This document shows positions 32,968 to 43,152 of a stretch of 64,000 bases of DNA, piece after piece (the first letter of the stretch is position 1; each line of letters starts with the position of its first letter). The DNA is taken from the NCBI GenBank assembly GCA_038245295.1, contig JBBRSP010000001.1:288001-352000 (forward strand), given 5' to 3'. This stretch comes from Candidatus Binatia bacterium (GTDB taxonomy: Bacteria; Desulfobacterota; Binatia; HRBIN30). The notes beneath the pieces are model-generated. The model was not told the DNA's origin. It was given only the letters and a program-made list of their open reading frames with translations, and searched no databases. The position numbers and the translations under genes are program-made.

Positions 32968-34224
32968 AAGCGAGTATTGACTGTCGGGTATTTGGCGGCT
33001 GCCAGCTGCTTGTGGGCGACCCATCCTGCCCAGGCCCAAGGCGACGTGTCCCTCACCCTGGCAAGCGTGATCGAAGTTGCGCGCCAACGAAATCCTGAAA
33101 TCGAGGCGGCACGGCAGCGTGCTACCGGGGCGGCGGCGGTGCCGGCTCGCGTCAGCGCGTATGACGATCCGACCTTCGCATGGGAGGCCTACAACGCGCC
33201 GGAGTCGCTGCGCATCGATCGCGCCGACAACAATATCCTCCGTGTTTCGCAACGTATCCCGTTCCCGGGGAAACGCAGCCTGGCCGGCGTTGTGGCTGAG
33301 CACGATGCCGAGGTCATGCAGCAGGATGTTACCAGCGTCGAGTTGGACGTCGTCACCGCGGTTCGCCGCGCCTACTACGATCTGTGGCTGGCGCATCGGA
33401 CACTGGATCTCTTCGAGCGCGAGAAGTTGTTGCTGCAGCGATTCAGCCACATCGCCGAGCAACGCTACGCCACCAGTGAGGTCACGCAGTCCGACGTCTT
33501 GCGGGCGCAGGTCGAACTCACCCGCACGATCAACCGGATCGCGACGCAACAGTTGGTGATCGACGCGGCACGCGCCGAGTTGAACGCGTTGCTGAGCCGA
33601 GAGCCGGATGATCCGTTGGGCGATCCCGATCCACCACCCGTACCGCGACTCGCCGCGACACCGGTAGCGTGGATGGCGCGCGCACTGAAACAGCGCCCGG
33701 AGCTGGCGGCGCAAACCGCTGTCCTTGCCCGCGAAGACAGCAGTGTCCGTCTGGCGGAGATGAACTACCTGCCGGATTTCGAGTTTACGGTCGGCCGTTT
33801 CTTCAACTACGATCGCAACGATGGCTTCGGCGCCATTGCCTCGGTCACCCTGCCGTTCGTCTACCGCTCGAAGTACGCCGCCGGCATCGCCGAAGCCAAC
33901 GCGCGTGTCGCGGCGGCACAAGCCGACCAACGCAAGCTGAGTGATCGAATCCGCCGCGAGGTGACGCAGAGCTTCGTGAGAGCCCGCACCGCACTGCTGC
34001 AGCGCGAGCTGTTCGTCACCACACACATTCCCCAGGCCGAGCAGGCGTTGCGGGTTACGGAGAGCGCGTATCAAACCGGGACGGTCGACTTCCTGGCCCT
34101 CGTCGATACCGCGCGCAGCATCGAGATGGCGCACGTCGAACACCTGCAAGCCGAGGCGGACTTCCAGAAGGCCTATGCTGATTTGGAGCGCGCCGCCGGC
34201 GTGTTCCCATCGAGCCAGCCGTGA
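32965..34224 (+). CDS. TolC/CusC-family outer membrane efflux protein
   Basis: Signal peptide, NPEIEAA, SQRIPFPGK, DVLRAQVEL, AYQTGTVDF. Confidence 0.9.
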   Translation: MKRVLTVGYLAAASCLWATHPAQAQGDVSLTLASVIEVARQRNPEIEAARQRATGAAAVPARVSAYDDPTFAWEAYNAPESLRIDRADNNILRVSQRIPFPGKRSLAGVVAEHDAEVMQQDVTSVELDVVTAVRRAYYDLWLAHRTLDLFEREKLLLQRFSHIAEQRYATSEVTQSDVLRAQVELTRTINRIATQQLVIDAARAELNALLSREPDDPLGDPDPPPVPRLAATPVAWMARALKQRPELAAQTAVLAREDSSVRLAEMNYLPDFEFTVGRFFNYDRNDGFGAIASVTLPFVYRSKYAAGIAEANARVAAAQADQRKLSDRIRREVTQSFVRARTALLQRELFVTTHIPQAEQALRVTESAYQTGTVDFLALVDTARSIEMAHVEHLQAEADFQKAYADLERAAGVFPSSQP

Positions 34225-34241
34225 GGCGAGGAGTCATGATC

Positions 34242-35474
34242 ATGCGCGTACGTCGGTTGTTCGTAAGTATCGTCCTGCTTCTGGTCGCCTTTGGTGCGGG
34301 TGTATTTGTTCCGCGGTCGTGGCTGTCGGTTCCATCAACGCCGGACACTCTCGGGTCGGTCACGAAGAAGGAACGTTACCAGTGTGCCATGCACCCGCAG
34401 ATCGTTCGCGACCACCCGGGTAACTGTCCAATCTGTCAGATGACACTGCAACGCGTCGAGGACGGCGAAGTGCTGCCAACTCCGGCCGCGTCTTCCAACG
34501 GCAAGTCGAAGATCCTCTTCTATCGTCACCCGATGCGGGCGGACGTGACGTCCCCCGTCCCCGCGGTCGACGAGATGGGCATGGCCTACATTCCGGTGCG
34601 CGAGGAAGATGTTGGCGGCGGCACAGGAGGGGACGTTCCGGACCACGCGCCATTCACGCTCTCCGTGCAGCGCCAGCAACTCATCGGTGTAACTCGAACA
34701 AAGCTCGAACGGCGCAACCTCGATGTCGAGATTCGCGCCGTCGGCAAGGTTGCGTATGACCCGCAGCTCTATCAGGCGATCAGCGAATACCGTGAGGCGC
34801 GCAAGGCCAATGCGGGAATCGCCGACAGCACTGTCCCTGAGGCTCACGCCGGGGCGAACGCGATGGTGCGCTCGTCGGCGCTGAAGCTGCGACAGATGGG
34901 GATCTCCGAGCAGCAACTGCGCGAGCTGACCGAGAGCGGCGCCTCACCGACCAACCTGTTGCTGCCGGGCAAAAGTGCTTGGATCTATGCCCAGGTTTAC
35001 GAATACGAAATGGACAGCGTGCACCCGGGACAGACGATCGAAGTCACAACACCAGCTCTCCCGGGTCGTACCTTCACCGCCAAGATTGTGGCCGTTGATG
35101 CAATCCTCAATGCCGCGACGCGCACGGTGCGGGTGCGAGCCCTGGTGCAGACTCCGGATACGGTGCTGCGCCCCGAGACCTTCGTGCACGTGAAGATTCG
35201 CGTCCCGTTGGGGGAGAAACTAGCAGTGCCCGAAGACGCGGTTCTCGATACCGGCGAGCACCAGGTTGTCTTTGTCGTCATGGGCGAAGGACATTTCGAG
35301 CCGCGCTCCGTGCAACTAGGTCGAGAAGCGCAGGGCTATTACGAGGTCTTGTCCGGAATCGAGGTCGGTGAAGAAGTCGTCACTTCGGCCAACTTCCTGA
35401 TTGATTCGGAATCGCGCTTTCGCTCGGCCCTCGCCGCTTTTGCCGCGAAACCGCCGGCTGCCCACGCGCACTGA
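34242..35474 (+). CDS. cusB: CusB-like RND membrane fusion protein with heavy-metal-binding domains
   Basis: YQCAMHPQIV..CPICQM, YRHPM...DEMGM, ANFLIDSES; start 34221/34236/34242 uncertain. Confidence 0.88.
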   Translation: MRVRRLFVSIVLLLVAFGAGVFVPRSWLSVPSTPDTLGSVTKKERYQCAMHPQIVRDHPGNCPICQMTLQRVEDGEVLPTPAASSNGKSKILFYRHPMRADVTSPVPAVDEMGMAYIPVREEDVGGGTGGDVPDHAPFTLSVQRQQLIGVTRTKLERRNLDVEIRAVGKVAYDPQLYQAISEYREARKANAGIADSTVPEAHAGANAMVRSSALKLRQMGISEQQLRELTESGASPTNLLLPGKSAWIYAQVYEYEMDSVHPGQTIEVTTPALPGRTFTAKIVAVDAILNAATRTVRVRALVQTPDTVLRPETFVHVKIRVPLGEKLAVPEDAVLDTGEHQVVFVVMGEGHFEPRSVQLGREAQGYYEVLSGIEVGEEVVTSANFLIDSESRFRSALAAFAAKPPAAHAH

Positions 35475-35485
35475 GGAGAACGGCG

Positions 35486-38400
35486 ATGGTGGAACGAATC
35501 ATCGAGTTCAGCGCGCACAACAAGTTCCTGGTGTTGTTGCTCACCGCCGTGGCGTTGGTTGGAGCGACCTGGACGGTCCGTACGATCCCGCTCGACGCGA
35601 TTCCCGATCTCTCCGATACACAAGTGATTGTCTACTCGCGCTGGGATCGCAGCCCGGATCTGATCGAGGATCAGGTTACATATCCGATCGTCTCGGCGTT
35701 ACTCGGCGCACCCAAGATCAAGGTTGTCCGCGGCTTCTCCGATTTCGGTTACTCTTACGTCTACGTCATCTTCCAGGACGGCACCGACCTTTACTGGGCG
35801 CGTGCCCGGGTGCTCGAATATCTCAGCAAGATCCTGCCGCGTTTGCCCGAGGGGGTGCAGACCGAGCTCGGCCCCGACGCCACCAGCGTCGGCTGGGTGT
35901 ATCAGTACGCTCTCACCGATCATTCCGGGACGCACGATCTCGCCGAGCTGCGCAGCCTGCAAGACTGGTATCTGCGCTACCATCTACAAGCCGTGCCGGG
36001 TGTGGCCGAGGTGGCGGCGGTGGGTGGGTTCGTCAAGCAGTATCAGGTCAATGTCGATCCGCAGCTACTGCTGGCGTACAATATCCCGCTGACCCAGGTG
36101 CTCGACGCGATTCGCCGCGGCAACAAGGAGGTTGGCGGTCGCGTTCTCGAGTTCGCCGGCACCGAATACATGGTGCGCGGGCGCGGCTACATCAAGTCGA
36201 TCGACGACATCGAGAAGATTGTCGTGTCGACCGATCCGTCGTCGGGCACGCCGGTACAGGTCAAACAGGTTGCGAAGGTGGCGCTGGGGCCGGACATGCG
36301 CCGCGGCGTGGCCGACCTGGACGGGCAGGGCGACACCGTCGGTGGCATCGTTGTCATGCGTCACGGCGAGAATGCGCTCCAGGTCATCGAGCGTGTCAAA
36401 GCGAAGCTCGAAGAGCTCAAACCCAGCCTGCCGGAGGGGGTGGAGATCATTCCGACCTACGACCGTTCCGGCCTCATCGAACACTCCATCGATACGTTGC
36501 TCCATTCTCTGCGCGAGGAGATGATCATCGTCAGCTTCGTGATCTTGCTCTTCCTGTGGCACTTCCCCTCGGCGATCATTCCGATCATCACGATTCCTGT
36601 CTCGGTATTCCTGGCGTTCATCCCGCTCTATCTGATGGGCTTGAGCTCGAACATCATGTCGCTGTCCGGCATCGCCATCTCGATCGGTGTGCTCGTCGAT
36701 GGAGCTATCGTCGAGGTCGAGAATGCCTACAAGCGGCTTGAAGAGTGGATCGAGGGTGGCCGGCAGGGCGACTTCCATCTCGTCCGACTGCAGGCCCTCA
36801 AAGAAGTCGGACCGTCGGTCTTCTTCTCACTGCTGGTGATTGCGATCGCCTTCTTGCCGGTGTTCACGCTGGTCGATCAGGAAGGCCGTCTCTTCAAGCC
36901 ACTCGCCTACTCGAAGAACCTGGCGATGGCGCTCGCGGCTGTCCTCGCGATCACCCTCGATCCCGCATTGCGCATGATGTTCACGCGCATGGACTACGCA
37001 CACTTTCGACCGCGTTGGCTCGCATCGATTGTCAACACGGTGACGGTCGGGCGCTACTACACCGAGGAACGCCACCCGATCAGTCGCGTCTTGTTTGCCG
37101 TCTATGAGCCCGTGTGTCGGTTTGTGTTGCGGCATCGTGTTCTAACGCTGGTGCTTGCGCTGGGCTTGGTGGCATCCACCGTCCCCGTCTATTTCAAGCT
37201 CGGTTCGGAGTTCATGCCGCCGCTCAACGAAGGTGCCTTTCTCTACATGCCGACGGCGTTGCCGGGCATGTCGGTCACTGAGGCGCAGCGCATCCTGCAA
37301 ATCCAGGACAAGATCATCCGCAGCTTCCCGGAAGTGGAGACGGTGTTCGGCAAGGCGGGTAGAGCGACGTCGCCCACCGACCCGGCGCCGTTCTCGATGG
37401 TCGAGACGACGATCATGCTGAAGCCCGAGTCGACGTGGCGGCCGATGCGGCGCTGGTACTCCGACTGGCCGGCTCCGCTGCGCTGGTTGTTTTCGTCGGT
37501 GACGCCGGAGCACATGACGTTTACCGAGCTGCAAGACGACATGGACGCCAAGCTGCGCTTCCCCGGCATCCCGAACATCTGGACCATGCCGATCAAGAAC
37601 CGCATCGACATGCTGTCGACCGGCGTGCGCACGCCGATCGGCATCAAGATCCTCGGCGCCGACCTCAAAGTGATCCAGAAAGTCGGCGAGGATCTCGAAG
37701 GGATCATTCGCGAGATTCCGGGCACGCGAAATGTCATCGCCGAGCGCACCGCCGGTGGGTACTACGTCGACTTCACGCTGAATCGCGACGAGCTGGCACG
37801 CTACGGCCTGTCGATTGAAGACGGACAGACGGTGATCATGTCGGCGATCGGCGGCGAGAACATCACCAATACGATCGAGGGGCGCGAGCGTTACCCGGTG
37901 AACGTCCGCTACGGTCGCGAATTCCGTGACAACATCGATGAGCTGCGGCGCGTCCTGGTGCCGACGGCGTCGGGGGCGCAGGTGCCGCTGGCCCAACTGG
38001 CCGACATCAAATTCTCGGAAGGCCCGTCGATGATTCGCAGCGAGAACGGCCACCTCGCCGGCTACGTGTACGTCGATATGGACAGCACCCGTGATCTTGG
38101 CGGGTATGTGCACGAAGCGAAGAAGCGTGTCGCCAAAGCCCTGCAGCTGCCCAAGGGCTACAGCCTGGTGTGGAGCGGCCAATACGAGAATCTGGCGCGG
38201 GTGCGCGAGCGCTTGAAGATGGTGATCCCGTTGACGCTCTTCCTGATCGCGCTGCTGCTGTACATGAACACCAAATCGGTAGTGAAGGCCGGTATCGTCA
38301 TGCTCGCCGTGCCGTTCTCGCTGATCGGCGCCATCTGGTTGCTCTACGTGCTCGGATACAACACGTCGATTGCCGTCTGGGTCGGCATGATCGCCCTCAT

Positions 38401-38776
38401 GGGTCTTGATGCCGAGACCGGCGTCTTCATGCTGCTGTTTCTGGATCTCGCCTACGACGAACGTGTCCGCAAAGGCACGATGCGAACCTGGACGGATCTC
38501 GAGGAAGCGATCCTGCACGGCGCCGTGAAGCGTGTGCGCCCGAAGATGATGACCGTGATGGCGTCCTTCTTCGGCCTGCTGCCGATCATGTGGTCGATCG
38601 GCGCCGGGTCGGACGTAATGAAACGCATCGCCGCGCCGATGGTAGGTGGGCTTTTCACCTCGTTCCTTCTCGAGCTGCTCGTCTACCCGGTCATCTACTC
38701 GATCTGGAAGTGGCGTTTCGAAATGAAAGGCGGCAGCGTAATCCCACAGCCGGCCTTGATCGGCACGCCCCGCTAG
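35486..38776 (+). CDS. cusA: CusA-type Cu(I)/Ag(I) RND efflux permease
   Basis: LDAIPDLSDTQVI, LGPDATSVGW; Met triad context SEFMP, APFSMVET, WTMPIKNRIDM; AVKRVRPKMMT. Confidence 0.95.
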   Translation: MVERIIEFSAHNKFLVLLLTAVALVGATWTVRTIPLDAIPDLSDTQVIVYSRWDRSPDLIEDQVTYPIVSALLGAPKIKVVRGFSDFGYSYVYVIFQDGTDLYWARARVLEYLSKILPRLPEGVQTELGPDATSVGWVYQYALTDHSGTHDLAELRSLQDWYLRYHLQAVPGVAEVAAVGGFVKQYQVNVDPQLLLAYNIPLTQVLDAIRRGNKEVGGRVLEFAGTEYMVRGRGYIKSIDDIEKIVVSTDPSSGTPVQVKQVAKVALGPDMRRGVADLDGQGDTVGGIVVMRHGENALQVIERVKAKLEELKPSLPEGVEIIPTYDRSGLIEHSIDTLLHSLREEMIIVSFVILLFLWHFPSAIIPIITIPVSVFLAFIPLYLMGLSSNIMSLSGIAISIGVLVDGAIVEVENAYKRLEEWIEGGRQGDFHLVRLQALKEVGPSVFFSLLVIAIAFLPVFTLVDQEGRLFKPLAYSKNLAMALAAVLAITLDPALRMMFTRMDYAHFRPRWLASIVNTVTVGRYYTEERHPISRVLFAVYEPVCRFVLRHRVLTLVLALGLVASTVPVYFKLGSEFMPPLNEGAFLYMPTALPGMSVTEAQRILQIQDKIIRSFPEVETVFGKAGRATSPTDPAPFSMVETTIMLKPESTWRPMRRWYSDWPAPLRWLFSSVTPEHMTFTELQDDMDAKLRFPGIPNIWTMPIKNRIDMLSTGVRTPIGIKILGADLKVIQKVGEDLEGIIREIPGTRNVIAERTAGGYYVDFTLNRDELARYGLSIEDGQTVIMSAIGGENITNTIEGRERYPVNVRYGREFRDNIDELRRVLVPTASGAQVPLAQLADIKFSEGPSMIRSENGHLAGYVYVDMDSTRDLGGYVHEAKKRVAKALQLPKGYSLVWSGQYENLARVRERLKMVIPLTLFLIALLLYMNTKSVVKAGIVMLAVPFSLIGAIWLLYVLGYNTSIAVWVGMIALMGLDAETGVFMLLFLDLAYDERVRKGTMRTWTDLEEAILHGAVKRVRPKMMTVMASFFGLLPIMWSIGAGSDVMKRIAAPMVGGLFTSFLLELLVYPVIYSIWKWRFEMKGGSVIPQPALIGTPR

Positions 38777-38845
38777 CACTGCTCGTTTCTATGCCCCGGC
38801 GCGGAACAACAATTTGGGAATTGTTGGCCGGCGTGTGGACGGCGT

Positions 38846-41260
38846 ATGGCTTGCGGCCTGACGTGCCCGGTGGCTGGCGATGCCCGCGCGAGTAGCTGGA
38901 GCCTCGTCTCCTTGACGGCTCGAGAACGCTCTCGTATGGCTCCTTCGGTGTCGGAGAGAGCGCCTGAAGTCTATCCAGAACCTCCGACGACGCTGACGCC
39001 GCCGCATTCGCCCTTGGCGGACGAGAATCCACTCGAGGCAGCCTTGAGCATCGGCCTGGCGACGTTCATGTCCACGAGTGCGCTCATTCTGCTGAAGCTG
39101 CTCGTAACAAAGACGTTTTCTGTTCCCACGTTGAACTTCGGTGGTCGCGGTCCGCAGCTCCTTTCGCTTGCCCAGGGTGTGCTCGTCACACCAGGGGTTG
39201 TAGCCTTGATCACCGTGGGCGCAGTCCTCCTCGGGCGATTCTATGCACGATTGGTTGGAGAGGGGTCGCTGGGATCCATCCTGACCGCCTCACTCGCCGG
39301 CATCGCCGGCGCGATCGCCATGGTTCCGGTGCTCGGACGAGAGGCCGACAGCACGCGGATGCCGTTGGTTATCCTGATCCCGATCCTGCTGGGCATTGCC
39401 GCACTGGTTTGTCATCAGAGTCGACTGGTCACGCGCGGGGTCCTCTTCAGCGCCTGTTTGCCCGGGGCACTGTTCGCGTACAGTCTTGCGTCGCTGTTGG
39501 ACAGTGAAGGAATCACCGCCGCCTTTCCGCTGAACTCGGAGCTGGCGCGACAAGGAGTTGCTGCCCTGGGCGGGCTCCTCATCGGGCACCTTGTTGCCTT
39601 CCTTCTTCCGACGGTCATTGGGGTGCTCTTGCTGTCCGGCTGGGGGCAGCAGTGGGCATGGCGCAGCCTTCTTGCTTTTGGCCTCATGGGTGCGGCCGCG
39701 TGGATGGTATTGATCCTGGACAATATCCTCGAGCCGCTGCTCGCTTTCCCTGGCCTCTTCGATTTTCGTTTCGCCATCGAGCTGCTGGCGATCCTCATGG
39801 GCGCGGCGGGTGTCGGCCTGTTGTTGAGTCGCGGCCGGGCGCAAGCAGGGGCCGCTGGCGTTGCCATCGCACTGGCGCTAGCCGCCGTCCCACTTCCGAT
39901 CACCCCAAAGGCAGCAATGTATTCTTCGGGAATGGCCATCGACGTGTGGGTTCGGCGTTCCTACTCGGAAGTCTTCGACCGCGACGGGGATGGAGCATCG
40001 ACCTTGTTCGGGGAGGGGGATTGCGATGATCACAATGCCGCCATCCGTCCCGGCCGCCCCGACGTCCCGTTCAACGGCATCGATGAAAACTGTTTGGCGG
40101 GCGACCTGCAGCAGGCGGATGTACCCCCGAATCGGTGGCAGATCACCCATCCGGCATCAGCCAACCACAGCATTCTTCTGGTCACGGTCGATACGCTACG
40201 CTCCGACATCGTGTTCGGAGCAAATGGGACAATGCCGCGTTTGCGCAGCTTCGCCCAACGCCACGGTGGATTCGACAATGCTCACGCTCTCGGCGGCGCC
40301 ACCGCTTTTGGCCTTCTCAATCTCTTCTACACGGAAGAGATCTCACCCTACGCTCTGCCGCGTCATCGCAACCTTCCGAGTTATATGAAGGAGGCGGGCT
40401 ATCGAACACTGTGCATCTACCCGACCTACCGCGCCGCATCCGTGGATGTGCCTACGACGATCTTTCAGGAATGCGATCTGGCCGAGGTTGTTGCCGGCGA
40501 CGACAAGGCGCGCATCCCTTCCGGGCAGGAAGTGATCGAGCGGGCGCTCTTGCGCATGAATCAAATTGCTGGGAACAAGTTCGTCTGGATACAGCTCGAC
40601 GACCTTCACGACTACGTCGTGTACCGTCCCGGTAAAGGCTACAAAAGCTACTACTTGTTCGATGGCCTTTCGTCGCTGGGCTCGTATCAGACCCTACGAT
40701 CCTACTTGCTCGCCAAGTATCGCGAGCGCGCTGCCTATCTCGACCGAGTCTTGGATGAACAGATCCTGTCTCGCTTCGAGAACGACCCCGCATTCGCCGA
40801 CACTCTTCTGATCTTGACCGGTGATCACGGCGAGGAGTTCCTGGAGCACGGCGGCATCTTTCATGGCTCAACTCTTTACGAAGAGCTGACGCGTGTCCCG
40901 ATCGTCTTCTCGGATGGCCAGGCCGGAGAGATCTACCATCACCCAATGGCTCATCAGGACGCCGTCAAGAGCATGATGGCGTACGCCGGCTTCGAGCGTT
41001 TTCCCGAGCCGGCAACAACCTTGCGCACACCGCCCAGCGACGACCGTGTCCTCGTCGGATTGATGGTCAGCAACGGCCTCTTCTCTGTACGCCGCGGCAG
41101 GTACAAACTCATTCTGAACTTCTTCACCGGCGCTGAGATGTTGTTCGACCTCGTCGACGATCCAGGGGAGACACGCGACCGGAGCGGTGATCTTCCGCAG
41201 GTTGCGGCTGAGTTTAGGACGCTGGCCGACATCGAAGAGCGCCGGATCATCAAGCGCTAG
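38846..41260 (+). CDS. Membrane-anchored sulfatase-like/alkaline-phosphatase superfamily protein
   Basis: N-terminal TM helices; DRDGDG..GDCDD..NGIDENC motif; VTVDTLRSD, TGDHGEEF; start uncertain. Confidence 0.75.
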   Translation: MACGLTCPVAGDARASSWSLVSLTARERSRMAPSVSERAPEVYPEPPTTLTPPHSPLADENPLEAALSIGLATFMSTSALILLKLLVTKTFSVPTLNFGGRGPQLLSLAQGVLVTPGVVALITVGAVLLGRFYARLVGEGSLGSILTASLAGIAGAIAMVPVLGREADSTRMPLVILIPILLGIAALVCHQSRLVTRGVLFSACLPGALFAYSLASLLDSEGITAAFPLNSELARQGVAALGGLLIGHLVAFLLPTVIGVLLLSGWGQQWAWRSLLAFGLMGAAAWMVLILDNILEPLLAFPGLFDFRFAIELLAILMGAAGVGLLLSRGRAQAGAAGVAIALALAAVPLPITPKAAMYSSGMAIDVWVRRSYSEVFDRDGDGASTLFGEGDCDDHNAAIRPGRPDVPFNGIDENCLAGDLQQADVPPNRWQITHPASANHSILLVTVDTLRSDIVFGANGTMPRLRSFAQRHGGFDNAHALGGATAFGLLNLFYTEEISPYALPRHRNLPSYMKEAGYRTLCIYPTYRAASVDVPTTIFQECDLAEVVAGDDKARIPSGQEVIERALLRMNQIAGNKFVWIQLDDLHDYVVYRPGKGYKSYYLFDGLSSLGSYQTLRSYLLAKYRERAAYLDRVLDEQILSRFENDPAFADTLLILTGDHGEEFLEHGGIFHGSTLYEELTRVPIVFSDGQAGEIYHHPMAHQDAVKSMMAYAGFERFPEPATTLRTPPSDDRVLVGLMVSNGLFSVRRGRYKLILNFFTGAEMLFDLVDDPGETRDRSGDLPQVAAEFRTLADIEERRIIKR

Positions 41261-41559
41261 GTATAACCCGGCTGTGGGCATCGTGGCGACGATCCGCCAG
41301 CGTCTGGGCGTGGGAACCGCGACCAACCTCAAGGCTCGTCGCTCAAGTCGAGCTCGGCGCCGGGAAACGCCGGTGGCATGGCGAGGCGTGCAAGCCAGGC
41401 CTGAAACTCGGTAAGCAGAAGGGACGACCTGGCCATCTCCCCGGCCAGTTGGTTGGCGCGTTTCTGCAAGGTCGCGAGCTCATCCGGATTGTCGGCGGCA
41501 ACGTTGTTGTTCATTGGGCGCGAAGGCCAAGACGACCGCTATCCACGCAAGGTTGCGAT

Positions 41560-41585
41560 GCGCCTTCCTAGTCTATGGAAGGCGC
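41560..41585. promoter_or_regulatory. Inverted repeat resembling a CueR-type operator
   Basis: GCGCCTTCC-N8-GGAAGGCGC about 95 nt upstream of the oxidase start. Confidence 0.3.
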
Positions 41586-41680
41586 CCCGCCGCCATCGTT
41601 GAAGCGTGCCTTCCCTGACACCCGCAGCGGTTGGCGTCTCCCTTGCAGTACTCTTAAGTAGAGCCACAGGAGGGCCTACC

Positions 41681-43132
41681 ATGACGCGCCTCAGTCGTCG
41701 CGATGTTCTCAAGCTCGGCGGGTTGGCGCTGACAGCACCATACCTCGGAAGTCCTCGTTGGGCGCGCGGGTTGACCGCCGTCGGGTCGTTTCCTGTTCCG
41801 CCTCGTTTGCCTCTGATCCGCCCCGAGCCCGGATTGGTCGAGGCTGAGTTGAGCGCGGCATGGACGCAGTCTGCCGTCGCCGGCACGACGGCGCGGCTGC
41901 AGACCTACAACGGTAGTTTCCCGGGCCCGATCCTGCGCCTGCGCGAAGGCGAACGGGTTCGCCTCTGGTTCACCAACAACCTGGGTGAGCCGAGCAACTT
42001 GCACATGCATGGACTGCATGTGCCGCCGAGCATCGATAATCCATTTCTCTCGGTCTCACCGGGCGAGACCACCGTCTACGAATTCGACGTTCCGGCGAAT
42101 TCGGCGGGCACGTACTGGTATCATCCGCATCTGCACATGCGCGTCGCCCGCCAGCTCTTTGGTGGGCTTGCTGGCGTCATCGTCGTCGAGGGCCGCATGG
42201 ACCGGCAGTTGCGCCGGCGCGGTGCCGACGAATACGTCGTCGTGCTCAAGGACCTTTCCCTGGTCAACGGCGCGCCGGAAGCCCATAACCCGTTCGATTG
42301 GATGAGCGGCAAGGAAGGCAATCTCCTGCTGGTGAACGGTGCCGTGCAGCCCGTGCTGGTGCCGCGCACGAGCCTGCTGCGCCTGCGGTTGCTAAACGCC
42401 AGCAACGCGCGTTACTACCGCCTCGCCCTGGAAGGCCATCCGCTGTTTCTGATCGCCACCGACGGCGGCTTCATCGACCAGCCGATCGAGCTCAATGAGT
42501 TGCTTCTCGCTCCGGGCGAACGGGCCGACGTGCTGGTACAGCTCAATACGGCCGGAAACTTCCGTCTCCTCAATCTTCCCTATGATCGCGGCAGTGGTCA
42601 CGGGATGGGTGGAATGCACGGCGGCGGTCACATGGGTGGCATGCATGGAGGTAGCACGGGAAGCACGGCGGCCCCGGATGTCCTCATGACCATCGCGGCT
42701 GGTGAAAACCCACCACGATCGCTTCCCTCACGTGTAGGCCTGGTCGAGCCTCTGGCCCCGGCACCAGGCGACGTCCACCGTCGCCTGGTGCTCGGCGAGG
42801 CGATGATGGGATTCCAGTTCTACCTCAACGGGCGGACCTTCGACGAGGCACGCATCGACTTCCAGGGACGGCTAGGAGATCTCGAGGTGTGGGAGATCGA
42901 CAATCGCACCGGCATGGATCACCCGATGCATCTCCATACATATCCCTTCCAGGTTTTGTCTCGGAATGGCGTCCCCGAGGCCCTGCGCGCCTGGAAAGAT
43001 GTGGTCAACGTGAGGGCAGGGGAGGTTGTTCGCATCGCCGTGCCGCTTCGGGATTTCACCGGCAAGACGGTCTACCACTGCCACATCGTCGAACACGAAG
43101 ATCGCGGCATGATGGGCGTTCTTGCGGTGTAG
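41681..43132 (+). CDS. Three-domain multicopper oxidase (CueO/McoA-like), Tat-exported
   Basis: SRRDVLK; HMHG, WYHPH, HPMHLH, YHCHIVEHEDRGMM; GHGMGGMHGGGHMGGMHGG insert. Confidence 0.95.
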   Translation: MTRLSRRDVLKLGGLALTAPYLGSPRWARGLTAVGSFPVPPRLPLIRPEPGLVEAELSAAWTQSAVAGTTARLQTYNGSFPGPILRLREGERVRLWFTNNLGEPSNLHMHGLHVPPSIDNPFLSVSPGETTVYEFDVPANSAGTYWYHPHLHMRVARQLFGGLAGVIVVEGRMDRQLRRRGADEYVVVLKDLSLVNGAPEAHNPFDWMSGKEGNLLLVNGAVQPVLVPRTSLLRLRLLNASNARYYRLALEGHPLFLIATDGGFIDQPIELNELLLAPGERADVLVQLNTAGNFRLLNLPYDRGSGHGMGGMHGGGHMGGMHGGSTGSTAAPDVLMTIAAGENPPRSLPSRVGLVEPLAPAPGDVHRRLVLGEAMMGFQFYLNGRTFDEARIDFQGRLGDLEVWEIDNRTGMDHPMHLHTYPFQVLSRNGVPEALRAWKDVVNVRAGEVVRIAVPLRDFTGKTVYHCHIVEHEDRGMMGVLAV

Positions 43133-43152
43133 TCGGCAAGGAGAACGAACAA

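Noticed and set aside
37142..38779. 545-aa minus-strand ORF
   Set aside because: Antisense shadow of cusA
41329..41514. 61-aa minus-strand ORF in the island
   Set aside because: No RBS or recognisable motif; may be a remnant but cannot be supported
41575..41680. Possible third leader (MEGAPPPSL...) with weak anti-SD before the CueO-like gene
   Set aside because: Only ~28 codons, no signal peptide or Cys cluster, pairing imperfect
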